Shown here in pieces: positions 45,501 through 60,500 of a stretch of 64,000 nucleotides of DNA. Made by a program: the position numbers and the translations under genes. How positions within the stretch are numbered: the stretch's first letter is position 1; each line of letters opens with the position of its first letter. Under the pieces are notes generated by a model, which saw nothing but the letters and a program-made list of their open reading frames with translations, was not told the DNA's origin and made no database searches. The DNA is from Oligoflexales bacterium (GTDB lineage: Bacteria; Bdellovibrionota_B; Oligoflexia; Oligoflexales; RGVZ01), in the NCBI GenBank assembly GCA_044236265.1, contig JBIIGV010000233.1, positions 15,187-79,186 of the forward strand, given 5' to 3'.

Positions 45501-48500
45501 CAAATGCTACAACCTCGATTTACGCTAAGGCAATTGATGTTGTGAATAATCCGTCGGTCTGTACGTCGTTAACGACCTATACTAATGACAGCCTAGCACC
45601 GACAGTCGTCTCCTTTGCGCGTGCGGCTGGGCAGGGTAGCGTTACGAATTCCGTGCCGGTGAACTTTACCATCACCTTCTCCGAGGACATGAGCGCTGCA
45701 AGCTTTACGGGTGCTGATATTAGCAATACGGGAACGGCAACTGGTGTTACTTGGGCTGTCACTCAGGTTAGCAGCACAGTCTTCACGGTAGCTGCATCGA
45801 GTGCAAATAATGGTACTCTCATTCCACGCCTGGCAAATGCAAGTGTCACTGATGTTGTCGGCAATGCGACAACTGCACAAGCTGATGCGACCAATAGTGT
45901 GAACTTGGTCAATGGTGGATTGACAGTGACCGTCAACCAAGCCTCGGGCCAGGCTGATCCAACCAATGGCAGCACAATCAACTACACGGTTGTCTTCTCG
46001 AGAGCAATCGACCCAACAACCTTCGCGTCAGACGACATATTCCAAAACGGCACGGCGACTGGTTTAACATGGACGATCACCACATCGGACAATATAACCT
46101 TCAATCTTGCTGCAAGCGGTATGAGTGCAACGAGTACGGTGATTCCATCGATTTCTTCGACTCGGGTCAAAGATACCTTTGGTAACGATAATGCTGCATC
46201 AACGTCGACCGATAATACAGTCAACTACGATGTCACTGCCCCAACACTAACCTTTGCATCTATTTCACCTTCAAGTCCTGCATCCACATTAATGCCGATG
46301 GTTTCAGGTACAGCGTCGAAGCCATCGACGGTCACGCTCTATTATGATTCCGGTTGTTCGACGGCTAAGTCCTCTGCGGAGTCCAATACGGTATTTGCGT
46401 TGCCAGGTATTGCCCTGACAGCCAATGTCAGCAGTAATACAGCAACATCAATTTACGGTAAGGCTGTCGACGCATTGGGCAACGCATCAAGCTGTTCGGC
46501 ATTGACGACCTACACTCATGATGGAATCAGTCCAACAGTCACGAACGTCACAGCTGTCCACGCCGATGGCACATTCAAGGCTGGTGAGCTGATTCCAATC
46601 AAGGTTACCTTCTCTGAAGCGGTTACCGTTACTGGAACTCCGCGCTTAACCCTTGAAACAGGCTCTGTCGATGCAGTAGTGAATTATACGAGCGGTTCGG
46701 GTACGGCTGAGCTGACCTTCAACTATACAGTCTTCGCTGGTGACACAACCTCAGACCTTGACTATATCAGCACGTCAGCTCTCGCGCTTAACGGTGGAAC
46801 CATTGTTGATCATGTGGGCAATGCGGCTAGTGTGACGTTGCCAGCCGTCGGCGGTGTCGCAAGTATTGCTGGTCAGAAGTCCCTAGTTATAGACACGACG
46901 GCGCCGACGGTGGCGTTCACGTCCATCACGCCGGTTTCACCATCTAATAATCTAACACCAGCAGTCGCTCTAACATTGTCGGAGACAGCGTCAGATGTTC
47001 GTCTCTACAGTGACTCTGGCTGTAGTAGTGCTCTCTCGAATGCAGCCAATGCAGCCGCCGGTCCATACACCATCACGACAACGACTTTGACGGCGAATCA
47101 AACCAACAATATTTACGCTCGTACAACCGATGTGGCGGGTAACCAGTCTGCCTGTACTTTGATGACAAACTACGCACACGATGGCGTGGCGCCTACCGTG
47201 ACGTCGGTAAGCGCATCATCAGCGAACGGAACCTACCACGTTGGCCAAACCGTTGCGGTGACGGTCGCATTCAGCGAAGTCGTTACAGTCTCCGGAACGC
47301 CACAGTTAACACTTGAAACAGGTGCAAGCGATGCGGTGATCGATTACGTATCGGGATCAGGAAGCAATACGCTCACCTTCAATTACACAGTTGCACTCAG
47401 TCATGCGTCACCCGACCTTGATTACACATCGACCGCGTCTTTGGCGGCTAACGGAGGATCTGTTCAGGATGGATCTGGAAACAATGCGACGTTGACGTTA
47501 CCTGGTGTCGGTGGGCCGAACAGTATCGCGGGCCAAAAAGCGATTGTGATCCAAACGTCAAAACCAACGATCGCGTTCACATCTATTACGCCTAGCTCAC
47601 CGGGAACCAGCCAGACTCCGACTGTGACGATGTCGCTATCGGATGCATCAACGGTCACGCTTTACAGCGATGGTGGTTGCTCGACAGCGATTTCTGCTCC
47701 AACGGCGCTATCAGCTGGAGCAGGTCAATCGGTTATTACGCAGACATTGGCTGCAAATGGTCAAACTCAGATCCACGCTCAGGCAGTGGCAGCGTTCAGC
47801 AATACATCACTGTGTACGAGTTTGGTTAGCTACACCCATGACAACGTGGCTCCAAGTGTGACATCTTTTGCGCGCGCAGGTGGTCAGGTTGAGTTCACAA
47901 ACTCTGTTCCTGCTAACTTCAGTATTACATTCAGCGAGGCGATCAATCCTGCGTCCCTTACTGCGGCTGATATCACAAACGCTGGTACTGCTGCGGGAGT
48001 TACCTGGACAGTCACCAACTCCGGTAATAACACGACCTTCACAGTGGCGGCCTCGACTGCAGGTAACGGCACGATTCAGCCACGCCTCGCTATTGGGGCA
48101 GTGACCGATCCAGCGGGCAATGCAAGTGGTAGCCAGGTCGATGCGTCCAACAGCGTTAGCTACACTCAAGCAACATTCACCGTCACATTGAACCAGGCTT
48201 CTGGCCAGGCAGATCCAGTTAAAACCTTGCCAGTGCTCTACACGGTTGTATTCTCTAGCCCTGTAGGTGCTTCGAGCTTTACGGATGCTGATATCCAAAA
48301 TCAAGGTTCTGGTACGACGGTCACCCAGTGGCAGCTTGAAACCGCCGATAATGTCACATGGACTTTGAAAGCGATGGCTGTCACCGGCAATGGAACGATC
48401 ATGCCAGTGATCACAGCAAATAGCGTTCAGGATGCCTTCGGAAACTTAAACGGTGCGTCGACCTCTACCGATCGCACTGTGACCTACGATACGACGGCGC

Positions 48501-51500
48501 CGACACTGACATATGTCGCATTGACTCCAGCTAACCCGTCGACGTCGCTGATGCCGACCATCTTGGGAACAGCTTCAGAGACATCGACAGTGACTCTCTA
48601 TTACGACGGAGGATGTAGCACTCCTAAGTCGGTTGCTACAGCGAATACTCAGTTTGCAACTCCAGGAATTGCCGTTACCGGTAACGTCAATAGTAACGCT
48701 TCAACCGTCATCTACGCACAGGCAGTGGACACGGCAGGAAATCTCTCAAGTTGTACAAGCCTTGTGACCTATAACCATGACGGCGTTGGTCCGACCGTAA
48801 CGAATGTGACGTCTACGGCAAGCGACGGCAACTACAAGGTCACGAATGCCCAAACAATTCCAGTGACGGTGACCTTCTCAGAAGTGGTCACAGTTACAGG
48901 AACTCCAACCCTGACTTTGGAAACAGGAGCTACTGACGCGGTCGTTAGTTACAGCACGGGTTCAGGCACGAATACACTCACATTCACTTATACGGTCTTT
49001 GCTGGTGATACGGCTGCTGATCTCGACTATGTGTCAGCCTCGTCTCTAGTATTCAATGGCGGAACTGTTAAAGACGGCGTTGGCAACAATGCGACTTTGA
49101 CATTGCCAAGTCCAGGTGCTGCCGGAAGTTTGGGCGCAAACAAAGCGATTATCATTGATACAACGGCTCCAACTATTGGCTTTGCAGTGATTTCTCCGAC
49201 GTCGCCGGCGACCTCTCAGACGCCAACTGTAACAGTCACTCTCTCGGAGGGATTGTCTGCTGTACAGTTGTTCTCTGACTCAAGCTGTACAGCGTCAGCC
49301 TCCGTATCGTCAAACGGATCTGCAGGAAACAAAAATATCGTCACGACCACGCTGAATGCGAATGCGACAACATCGCTCTACGCTAAAGGGACCGACATTG
49401 CTGGAAACGTCTCTATCTGCGCAAGCTTAACAAGCTATACCCATGATAACGCTGGTCCAACAGTTGTATCTGTAACATCATCCCTGGCCAATGGTACCTA
49501 CGGACTGGGTCAGGTCGTCCCAGTGGCCATCACATTCTCAGAAGTTGTGTCTGTCACTGGAACGCCAACGCTGACTCTGGAAACAGGAGCTGTTGACGGT
49601 GTTGCAAGCTATGTTTCAGGATCAGGCACCAACACCCTCAACTTTAGCTACACCGTGGGTGCTGTCGACGGGACTGCAGACTTGAACTACGCGTCTACGA
49701 CGGCCTTGGCTCTTGCTGGTGGTTCAATTTTGGATGCGTCAACGAACCCAGCCGATTTGACTCTACCAGCCTTGGCAAATGCAAGTAGCTTAGGCGGTCA
49801 AAAGGCTATTGTTCTTGATCTCACAGCTCCTACAATCACCTACGCTAGCATTGCGCCGACATCTCCGGGCACAACTGCAACACCGACAATCACGATGACT
49901 TTATCCGAAGCAGCAACTGTGACTCTCTACAGTAACTCAGGGTGTTCGGCTTCTATTTCTGATGCGAAGGCACTTGTCAGTGGTGTGGGTCAGACCATCA
50001 CTACGAATGCTCTGACCGCAAATACGGAAATTTCCATCTATGCTAAAGGAATTGACACCGTTAATAACGCTTCAGGTTGCGCGTCTCTGACCACTTATAC
50101 CTATGATAGTGTGGCTCCTGCGGTTAGCTCCTTCGCAGTCGCTGGTGGTCAGGTAGCGGTAACGAACTCGGTGCCGATCAACTTCACATTGACCTTCTCT
50201 GAGGCCATTAACCCTTCCAGCTTTACGGCAGCAGACATTTCGAACGCTGGCACCGCAACGGGTGTTGATTGGTCGGTGACGAACTCTGGTGATAATACAT
50301 CCTTTACAGTTTCGGCGACGTTGGCTGGTAATGGAACCATTCAGCCACGACTTGCAACCGCAAGTGTTGCCGATCCTGCAGGAAACCTTAATGCTGCAGT
50401 CAGCACTGCCACCGGCAGTGTCAGCTACTCTCAAGCAGCATTCACGGTTGCAATTAACCAGGCCTCAGGTCAGTCCGATCCAGTTCGTACAGGTCCGATC
50501 ACCTTTACAGCAGTCTTCTCGTCTGCCGTTGGTTCCTCAACATTTAGTGCGGGCGATGTAGCTCAGTCGGGTACGGCAGCTAATGTGACATTTGCTGTAA
50601 CGAGCCTGGATGACATCACATGGACAATTACCGCTAGTGGCATGAGTGGTTCCGGTACGGTTGTTCCGACCATCGCTTCGAACCGAGTCAAAGACCTCTT
50701 CGGAAATGACAACGCTGCGTCCACCTCAACAGATAACACTGTCAGTTACGATGTTACGACGCCGACCCTTACATTCGCGTCTGTCGGTAGTGGAAACCCA
50801 GGCTCAAGCTTGACCCCAACCATTCTTGGTACAGTGTCGAAGGCGTCCACAGTCACCTTGTACTTCGACTCTGGCTGTTCAACTGCTAAATCAGCGCCTA
50901 CAGCTAACACAGCATTCGCAAGCCCAGGTATTACGCTAACCGGAAACGTTAACGCTAACACCTCAACGACCATCTATGGCAAAGCTGTTGACTCCCTCGG
51001 TAACGAAACCTGCTCACTCTTGACGACCTATAATCATGACGGTGCTGGTCCAAGTGTTGTGAGTGTTGCCGTGAACAAGGCTAATGGCAGCTATAAGACT
51101 GGGGAAGTGATTCCTGTGCAGATCACGTTCTCTGAGGCAGTCACGGTCACCGGAGCGCCACAAATTACCCTTGAAACCGGAGCAACCGATGCGGTCGTGG
51201 ATTATACATCCGCGGCAAGTAGTACAGTCTTGAATTTCAACTACACAGTCTCTCCAGGGGACACCACAGCAGATCTTGATTACGCCTCAACCACAGCGTT
51301 GGCGTTGAATTCTGGCACGATCCGCGATGCGGTTGGAAATAACGCGACCTTGACCCTTCCAGCTGTCGGTGGCGCAGCCAGCATTGGCGGAAATTATGCA
51401 ATTGTCATTGATACAACAGCACCGTCTGTGACCTATAACTCGATCACCCCTGCGTCTCCTGCAAGTAATCTCAATCCGCAAGTTGCTCTGACCCTTTCAG

Positions 51501-54500
51501 AGGCGGTTGCAAACGTTCAGCTTTACTCAAACTCTGGCTGTAGTGCTGCGGTGTCAACGGCTACGGCCGGAACTGCTGGCGCTAATACGATTACAACGTC
51601 CGCACTCAGTGCGAATACGACGACGAACCTATTTGCTCAAGCAAGCGATGCCGCTGGTAACCAATCGGCATGTACCTCGATGACAGCCTATCTTCATGAC
51701 GGAGTGGCTCCTACGGTGCAATCTGTAACTGCTACGGCAGCCAACGGCACATACCGCGTCGGTCAGACGATTCCAGTCACGGTTACTTTCAGTGAGGCTG
51801 TGACGGTCAGTGGAACTCCACAGTTGACCCTTGAAACAGGAGCGACCGATGCAGTCGTGAACTATGCTTCAGGATCTGGCACGGCCACTCTGACCTTCAA
51901 CTATGTTGTTGGTCTCAATGATAGTTCAGCAGATCTTGATTACACGTCGACGGCAGCTCTTGCTCTTAATAGCGGCACAATCGCCGACGCTGCTGCTAAC
52001 AATGCCACATTGACTCTGCCAACTGTTGGCGGCGCTGGAAGCTTGGGAGCTAATAAAGCACTTGTCATTCAGACCACTCCTCCAACGGTCACCTACAACT
52101 CGATCTCTCCAAGTTCGCCAAACAGTAGTCAGACACCAACAGTAACCATGACTCTATCTGATGCGGCTACCGTGACTCTCTATAGCAATGGCGGATGTTC
52201 GACGGCGATTTCGGCTGGCGCTGCTCTCTCTGCAGGATCTGGCCAAACAGTGACGACCTATACTTTGAGTCCAAACGTTACGACTCAGATTTTCGCCCAA
52301 GCGGTCGCCGCCTTCGGCAATACCTCTAGCTGTACAAGCCTCGTGTCCTACACCCATGATAATGTTGCGCCAACAGTGTCGAGCTTTGTCAGAGCGACGT
52401 CGCCTGTTCAGGCACAGTTTACAAACTCGGTACCCGTTAACTTCAAGATCACCTTTAGCGAGGCGATTAACTCAGGAAGCTTTACGGCATCGGATATTAT
52501 CAATACGGGAACTGCATCCGGCGTAACCTGGACGGTTTCAAATAGCGGAGACAATATTAACTTTACAGTTGCGGCGTCGGCTTCTGGAAACGGAACCTTG
52601 ATTCCTCGACTGGCGGCGAATGCTGTCACGGATTCTGCAGGTAATAATAACGGTAGCCAGTACGATGCGACCGAGTCCGTAAGTTACACAGCAGCTCTAT
52701 ACACTGTGACTGTAAACCAGGCGTCGGGTCAGGCTGATCCAGTCAATAGCTTGCCAGTGAACTATACTGTCGTCTTCTCAAGTGCAGTAGGTAGCAGCTC
52801 GTTTGCTGTCGGCGATGTAACCAACATTGGATCGGCCTCCGGTGTGACATGGACGCTAACAGACAGTGGCGACGGCATCACCTGGAACCTGTCTGCGACG
52901 GCAACGGGTGCTGGAACTATTATTCCATCGATAGCAGCCAACACAGTTAAAGATGCATTCGGCAACGACAATGCCGCAGCCACAACAACGGATCGCACGG
53001 TCACTTACGACAATGTTGTCCCGACATTCTCTTCGATCTCGGTCAGCCCAGCAGCAACATCGTCTAGCTTGACACCGACGATCCTCGGTACCGTCTCTGA
53101 ATCCTCGACGGTGACGTTATACTTCGATTCCGGCTGTACAACGCCGAAATCAGCAGCTGCAGCCAATACAGTCCTTGCCTCCCCCGGTGTCCAAGTTACG
53201 TCGAACGTTAACAGCAACACGACGACCACGATTTACGGTAAAGCGATTGATGCGGCTGGCAACGCATCTGCTTGTGCGACACTGGCGACCTATACTCACG
53301 ATGGTGTTGGGCCAACAGTCACCAATGTTTCTTCGACGGCGGCTGATGGCACCTATAAAGTCACAGCTGCTCAGACGATTCCAGTCACGATTACCTTCTC
53401 TGAGAATGTTGTTGTAACCGGAACCCCAACCATCACACTTGAGACTGGCTCTACGGACGCTGTGGTCAGCTTTAGCAGTGCATCTGGCAACACGATGACC
53501 TTCACGTACACGGTCTTCGCGGGTGATACGGCTACAGATCTTGATTACGTCGGTACCGGATCGCTTGTTTTGGCTGGCGGTACGATTAAAGACACTTACG
53601 GTAACAACGCAACTCTGACATTGCCAAGTCCGGGTGCTGCTAGCAGCCTCGCTGCGAACAAGGCCATCGTTATTGACACGGCGGCTCCAATGATTAGCTA
53701 TACATCTATTGCTCCAGTTTCGCCAGGTAGCTCTCTAACTCCACAAATCAGCATCAGCCTTTCAGAGGCTGTCTCGAGTGTCCAGCTCTTCTCTGATGGA
53801 AGCTGCTCAAGTTCTGCGTCAAGTGCATCCACGGGTTCTGCGGGTGCTAAGACGATTACCACAAGTGCACTGACCGCCAATGCGACCACGGCACTCTACG
53901 CTCAGGCAACGGACATTGTTGGAAACATCTCGAGCTGTTCGCTTATGACAAGTTATCGTCACGATGGTGCTGCGCCGACCGTATTGTCGGTCAGCTCGTC
54001 TTTGGCAAATGGTACTTACGGTTTGGGACAGGTGATCCCGGTTACCGTAACCTTCTCTGAGGTCGTCACCGTCACTGGTACTCCACAACTGACCCTTGAA
54101 ACTGGCGCAACTGATGCAGTCGTTAATTATGTGTCTGGTTCTGGCACGGCGGCTCTGACCTTCAACTACACGGTAGCAGTAGGTCATGGGTCAAGTGACC
54201 TCGATTACACAACCAATACCGCGCTTGCATTCAATGGCAGTACGATTGTAGATGGATCCGGAAATGCCGCGGTCCTGACGCTACCGGCCCCTGGTACTGG
54301 ATCAAGTTTAGCGGGTCAAAAAGCAATTGTGATCGACCTGGTCGCTCCAACGATTGCTTACAGCTCGATATCTCCTGCATCACCAGGCATGTCGCAGACG
54401 CCAACACTCACCATAACCTTGAGTGAGGCAGCAACGGTGACGCTCTACAGCAACAACTCATGTACAGCATCGATCTCGGCAGCGACGTCGCTCGCGAGTG

Positions 54501-57500
54501 GCTCGAGAACGATCACCACGAGCAACCTGACATCAGATACGGCGATATCGATCTACGCTATGGCAGTGGATGCTGTTAATAACGCCTCTGGTTGCGAAAT
54601 CATGACGTCATATACCTATGACAGTATTGCACCAGCAATCAGTAGCTTCTCAGTCAAGGTTCCACAGGTTGCTGTGACAAACTCTGTACCAGTGAACTTT
54701 ACGGTGACATTCTCTGAAGCCATCAATCCGTCGAGCTTCACGGCTGCTGATATTTCTAACGCAGGTACCGCAACGGGTGTTGCTTGGTCAGTCACAAACT
54801 CAGGCGATAATACAACCTTCACTGTGGCTGCAACACTCTCAGGTAACGGTACGATTCGTCCGTCCCTTGCGAGTGCGAGTGTTAACGATGTAGCCGGAAA
54901 TGCGAATGCCCTATCAGGTCAGTCCTCTGGAAGCGTGGACTACTCTGTCGCAGCGTTTACAGTTGCCGTTAACCAGGCAAGTGGCCAAGCTGATCCAGTA
55001 CGGTCCGGAACGATTAGCTATACGGCGGTCTTCTCGTCAGCCGTGGCTGGAAGCTCTTTCACAGCTGGTGATGTGACTAATGCGGGTAATGCTCCAGGAG
55101 TGAGCTTCGCGGTCTCAAGCATTGATAATATTAATTGGACTATTACCGCAAGTGGCATGAGTGGATCTGGCACTGTGATCCCAACGATCGCCAGCGGCGC
55201 CGTCACCGATGCTTATGGCAATACCAACGCCGCCTCCACATCGACAGACAATACTGTAACCTGGGATGTGACCGTTCCAACACTTACATTCTCATCGGTT
55301 AGCGGTGGTAATCCAGGCAACAGCTTGACGCCAACGGTCCTGGGAACTGCGTCGAAGGCATCGACGGTGACCTTGTATTACGATGCAAGCTGTAGCACTG
55401 CCAAGTCAACGCCAGTTGCGAACACTGCGTTTGCAAGCCCAGGTATCACAGTCAGTGGTAACGTCAATGCCAACACTACGACGATCATCTATGCAAAAGC
55501 TGTCGACGCTCTCGGCAATGAATCGAGCTGTGCTAATTTGGTCACCTACCAGCATGACGGCGTAAGCCCTGCAGTAGCGAGCGTTACGGCGAACAAAGGA
55601 AACGGTAGCTATAAAGCGGGCGAGATCATCCCGATTGAAGTTACATTCAATGATACGGTTACTGTGACCGGTGCCCCAACATTGACCCTCGAGACCGGAG
55701 CAGTTGATACGGCCGTAAATTACACCAGTGGTTCAGGAAGCGCTGTCCTCACCTTTAACTACACAGTGGCTGCCGGTGATACCTCGGCCGATCTTGATTA
55801 TGCAACAACGACGGCTCTGTCGCTTGCTAGCGGAACAATCAAAGACAGTGTTGGTAACAACGCAGACCTCACCTTGCCAGCCGTAGGTGGCGCATCAAGT
55901 ATCGCAGGTCAGAAGGCTGTCGTGATTGATACCACCATGCCAAGTGTGACTTATACGTCGATGTCGCCATCGTCTCCAGGAAGCAGCTTGACGCCTCAGA
56001 TTACGCTAAGCCTCTCTGAAGCGGCTGGTACAAGCTTAAGACTCTTCTCAGACTCTGGTTGTTCGCTGGCAATATCTGCAGTAGGCACAGGCACAGCGGG
56101 TAGCAATACGGTCACAGTGACATCAGTAAATGCTGAGGCTGCAACGTCTATCTATGCTAAGGCTGTGGATACGGCAGGCAACGGTTCAGCGTGTACATTG
56201 ATGACCAGCTACACTCACGATAGCGTCGCGCCAGCTGTGACATCTGTCTCATCAACTGCGGCTAACGGAACCTACGCAGTGGGTAGCCTAGTTCCAATTA
56301 CAGTCACCTTCTCGGAAGCTGTCACTGTCACGGGAACACCAACCCTGGCAATTAACAGCACGGCATCTGCGATTAGCTATGCCTCTGGATCCGGAACGAA
56401 TACGCTCACCTTCAACTATACGGTCGCTCTTGCAGACGCTGCTGCAGATCTAGACTATACCTCGACGTCAGCTCTGTCTCTTGCTGGCGGTACCATCAAA
56501 GATGCGGCGTTGAATAGCGCGACCTTGACTTTGGGTGCTCCAACAAGCGGCACAAGTCTAGGCGGTCAGAAGAACATTGTCATTTCGACCGTTGCTCCAT
56601 CTATGGCTTATACATCTATCGCCCCAAGCTCGCCAAATATCAGTCAGACGCCGACAATTACATTCAGCTTGACGCAAGATGCAACAGTGACTCTTTATAA
56701 CAGCGGTGCATGTAGCACAGCTGTATCTGGTCCTGTAGCGCTGACGGCAGGATCTGGTAAGACTATTCAAACTTATTCGCTGCCCGCGAACTCAAGTACG
56801 CCAATTCATGCTAAAGCCGTGGCTGCCTATAGCAATGTATCGTCCTGCACGAGCTTGGTATCTTATACCACTGATACAACAGCTCCGACGGTGAGCTCGT
56901 TTGTTCGCGCAACATCTCCAGTTCAAAGTCAGTTTACGAATTCTATCCCCGTATATTTCAAGGTCACATTCAGTGAGCCAATCTCACCAGCAAGCTTTAC
57001 TGGAGCTGATATCACCAATATTGGTACCGCAACCGGTGTCACATGGACGGTCACAGATCAGGGTGATGCAACAAACTTCACAGTCGCTGCAGTCACGGGT
57101 AACAACGGAACGATCCAGCCTCGCTTAGCTGTCGGTGCGGTTACAGATCCAGCCGGCAACATCAGCGGTAACCAAGCTGACGCAACAGAAACAGTCACCT
57201 ATACTGCAGCTCTCTACACTGTGACCCTCAATCAGTCTGCAGCTCAGGGTGATCCAGTCAAGACCCTGCCGATTAACTTCACGGTGGTCTTCTCGACAGC
57301 CGTTGGCAACAACACATTCGCTGTCGGGGATATTTCGAACGCTGGCAGTGCGACTGGCATCACATGGAGTCTCAGCAGTGCAGATAACATTACCTGGACA
57401 CTGTCTGCGACTGCTATCACAGGTGCTGGAACAGTGATTCCAGACTTGGCAGCCAATACGGTCAAGGATGTGTATGGCAATGATAACGGTGCTGCAACAT

Positions 57501-60500
57501 TTACTGATCGCTCTGTGACCTACGACGTTACCGCGCCGTCGTTCTCATCCATATCGGTCAGCCCAAGCGCGACGGGTGCTACCTTAACCCCAACAATTCT
57601 TGGTACAGCGTCTGAGACCTCGACGGTGACCTTGTACTATGACTCAGGTTGTACAACGCCTAAGTCAGCAGCCACGGCCAATACCGCATTTGCGACCCCA
57701 GGTATAGCGGTGACCGGTAACGTTAACACGAACGGCGCAACCACAATCTATGCGAAAGCAGTTGATGCCGCTGGCAACGCATCGTCTTGCGAAAATCTGG
57801 TGACCTATACTCATGACGGCACAGGCCCGACGGTCACGAATGTTACATCAACCGCTGCTAACATGACCTATAAGGTAGATGCTGGTCAGAGCATTCCTAT
57901 CACTGTCACATTCTCGGAAGCCGTCACTGTTACAGGTAATCCGACCCTGACACTTGAAACCGGATCAACTGATGCAGTCGTGACCTATAGCTCTGGTTCG
58001 GGTTCAACCACCCTCACATTCACCTATACAGTGTTTGCGGGTGACAACTCCACCGATCTTGACTACGTCAGCACGTCGGCTCTTGGTCTAAATGGTGGAA
58101 CAATTAAGGATGCTGTCGGTAACAATGCGACATTGACCTTGCCAGTCCCAAGCCAAGCTGGAAGTCTCGGTGCCAACCGCGCAATCGTGATCGACACGAC
58201 GGCGCCGGCTTTAACTTACACATCAATCCTGCCAGCAACCCCAGGAAATACGCCAACTCCTCAGGTCACACTCAGCCTGAATGAGGCAGCGGCCACACTG
58301 CGTCTGTTCACAGATGCAGCCTGCTCGTCGACGGCATCGGCACAAGTGGCAGGCAGCATTGGCAGCAACACAGTGACAACAACCGCGCTGACAGCGAACC
58401 AGGTCATTTCGATCTACGGAAAGGCAACGGATGCAATTGGTAATGCGTCCAACTGTACGCTGTTGACTTCTTATACCTATGACAGTGTCAATCCGACGGT
58501 TACCGGCGTCACGTCAAGCTTGGCGAACGGCACATATGGACTCGGACAGCTGGTTCCAATCACAGTCACCTTCTCTGAGTCTGTCACTGTAACAGGAACT
58601 CCTCAGCTTGTTCTTGAAACAGGTGCAACAGATGCGGTGGTCAACTACGTATCCGGATCTGGTACGAACTCACTTCTATTTAACTATACCGTTGGTGCAG
58701 GTCATCAGTCGGCTGACCTCGATTACGCAAGTCAGTCTGCACTTTCAACTAACGGTGGAACCATCCGCGATGTGGCCGGCAATAATGCGACTCTGACATT
58801 GGCAGCGACTGGATCGGGTTCAAGTATCGCTGGACAGAAGGCCATCGTCCTTGACCAAACGCCAGCCAGTATAACCTTTGCTTCGATAACGCCAACGTCT
58901 CCAGGAACTTCGGCTACGCCAACCGTTGCGATCGATTTAGATAAGGCATCCACCGTTACACTCTATAGTGATAGTAGCTGTACAGCCGCGATTTCCGATG
59001 CAACGTCTCTCACGGCAGGATCTAGCAGAACGATCACGACCAACGCACTAACCTCTGATGTAGCGATATCGATCCATGCTAAGGCTGTCGATGCAGTTAA
59101 TAACGCTTCTGCTTGTACGAGCCTCGTGTCCTACACCTACGATAGTATTGCGCCAACCGTCAGCTCCTTCGTCGTCAAGGCCGGTCAGCCATTGATTACA
59201 AACTCTCTGCCAGTCAACTTTGATATTACATTCAGTGAGGCAATCGATCTGTCCTCTTTCACTGCAGCCGATATTTCAAATGCTGGAACGGCTAGCGGTG
59301 TTGCGTGGACGATCACAGATTCCGGCGATCATATGACCTTTACTGTGGCAGCAACGGTATCGGGTAATGGAACAATCCAGCCACGTCTTGCAGCCAGTGC
59401 TGTTACCGATGTTGCGGGTAACGTCAGCGGCTCAATTGTCCCTGCATCAGCGTCTGTCAGCTACTCCGTGGCTGCGTTTACCGTGGCTATCAATCAGGCG
59501 TCAGGCCAGGCAGATCCAGTTCGCACTGGTCCGATCACGTTTACTGCGGTCTTCTCGTCAGCAGTTGGAAGCAGCTCCTTCACAAATGGCGATGTCATAC
59601 AGTCTGGCTCGGCGGCGAACGTCACATTCACAGTATCGTCGATAGACAACATCAACTGGACCATCTCCGCATCAGGAATGAGTGGAACAGGTTCAGTGAT
59701 CCCAACGATTTCCTCAGGTGTTGCGACCGATACCTTTGGAAATACGAATGCCGCTTCGACCTCAACTGATAACACAGTGGCTTATAACGTCACACCACCG
59801 AGTATATCCTTTGTATCTGTTAGTGGTGGTAATCCAGGATCTGGCTTGACGCCGACAATCCTTGGTTCCGCGGGTGCCGGATCGACCGTGACGCTCTACT
59901 TTGACTCCGGCTGTACTACCAGCAAGTCGGCAGCAGCGGCCAATACCGTCTTTGCAAGTCCCGGTATCGCCCTGACTGGCTCGGTAAGCTCTGACACAGC
60001 GACGACCATTTACGGCCGTGCTGTGGATACGCTTGGCAACGAGTCGAGCTGTACGCTATTGACAACTTATAATAACGACACGACCAGTCCAACGGTCACC
60101 AGTGTAACCGCAAACAAAACTGACGGTACCTATAAGTCTGGCGTTAGTATACCGATTGAAGTGACCTTCTCTGAGTCGGTCACGGTAACCGGCACACCGC
60201 AGATCACTCTGGCGACTGGTGGTGCTAACACGGCTGTCAATTATGTCAGTGGAAGCGGAACGACGACGTTGAGCTTCACATATATTGTGGCCGCAGGTGA
60301 GACCTCCATTGACTTGGATTACGCAAGTACTAGTGCTCTCGGCCTTAACCTCGGTACGATCAAGGATGCAGTTGGTAACGACGCCAACCTGACGCTGCCT
60401 ACGGTCGGATCTGGAAACAGTATTGCGGGCCAAAAAGCAATCGTGATCGACACGACTGCGCCGACGATTACTTATAGTTCAGTCAGCCCCGCGTCGCCTG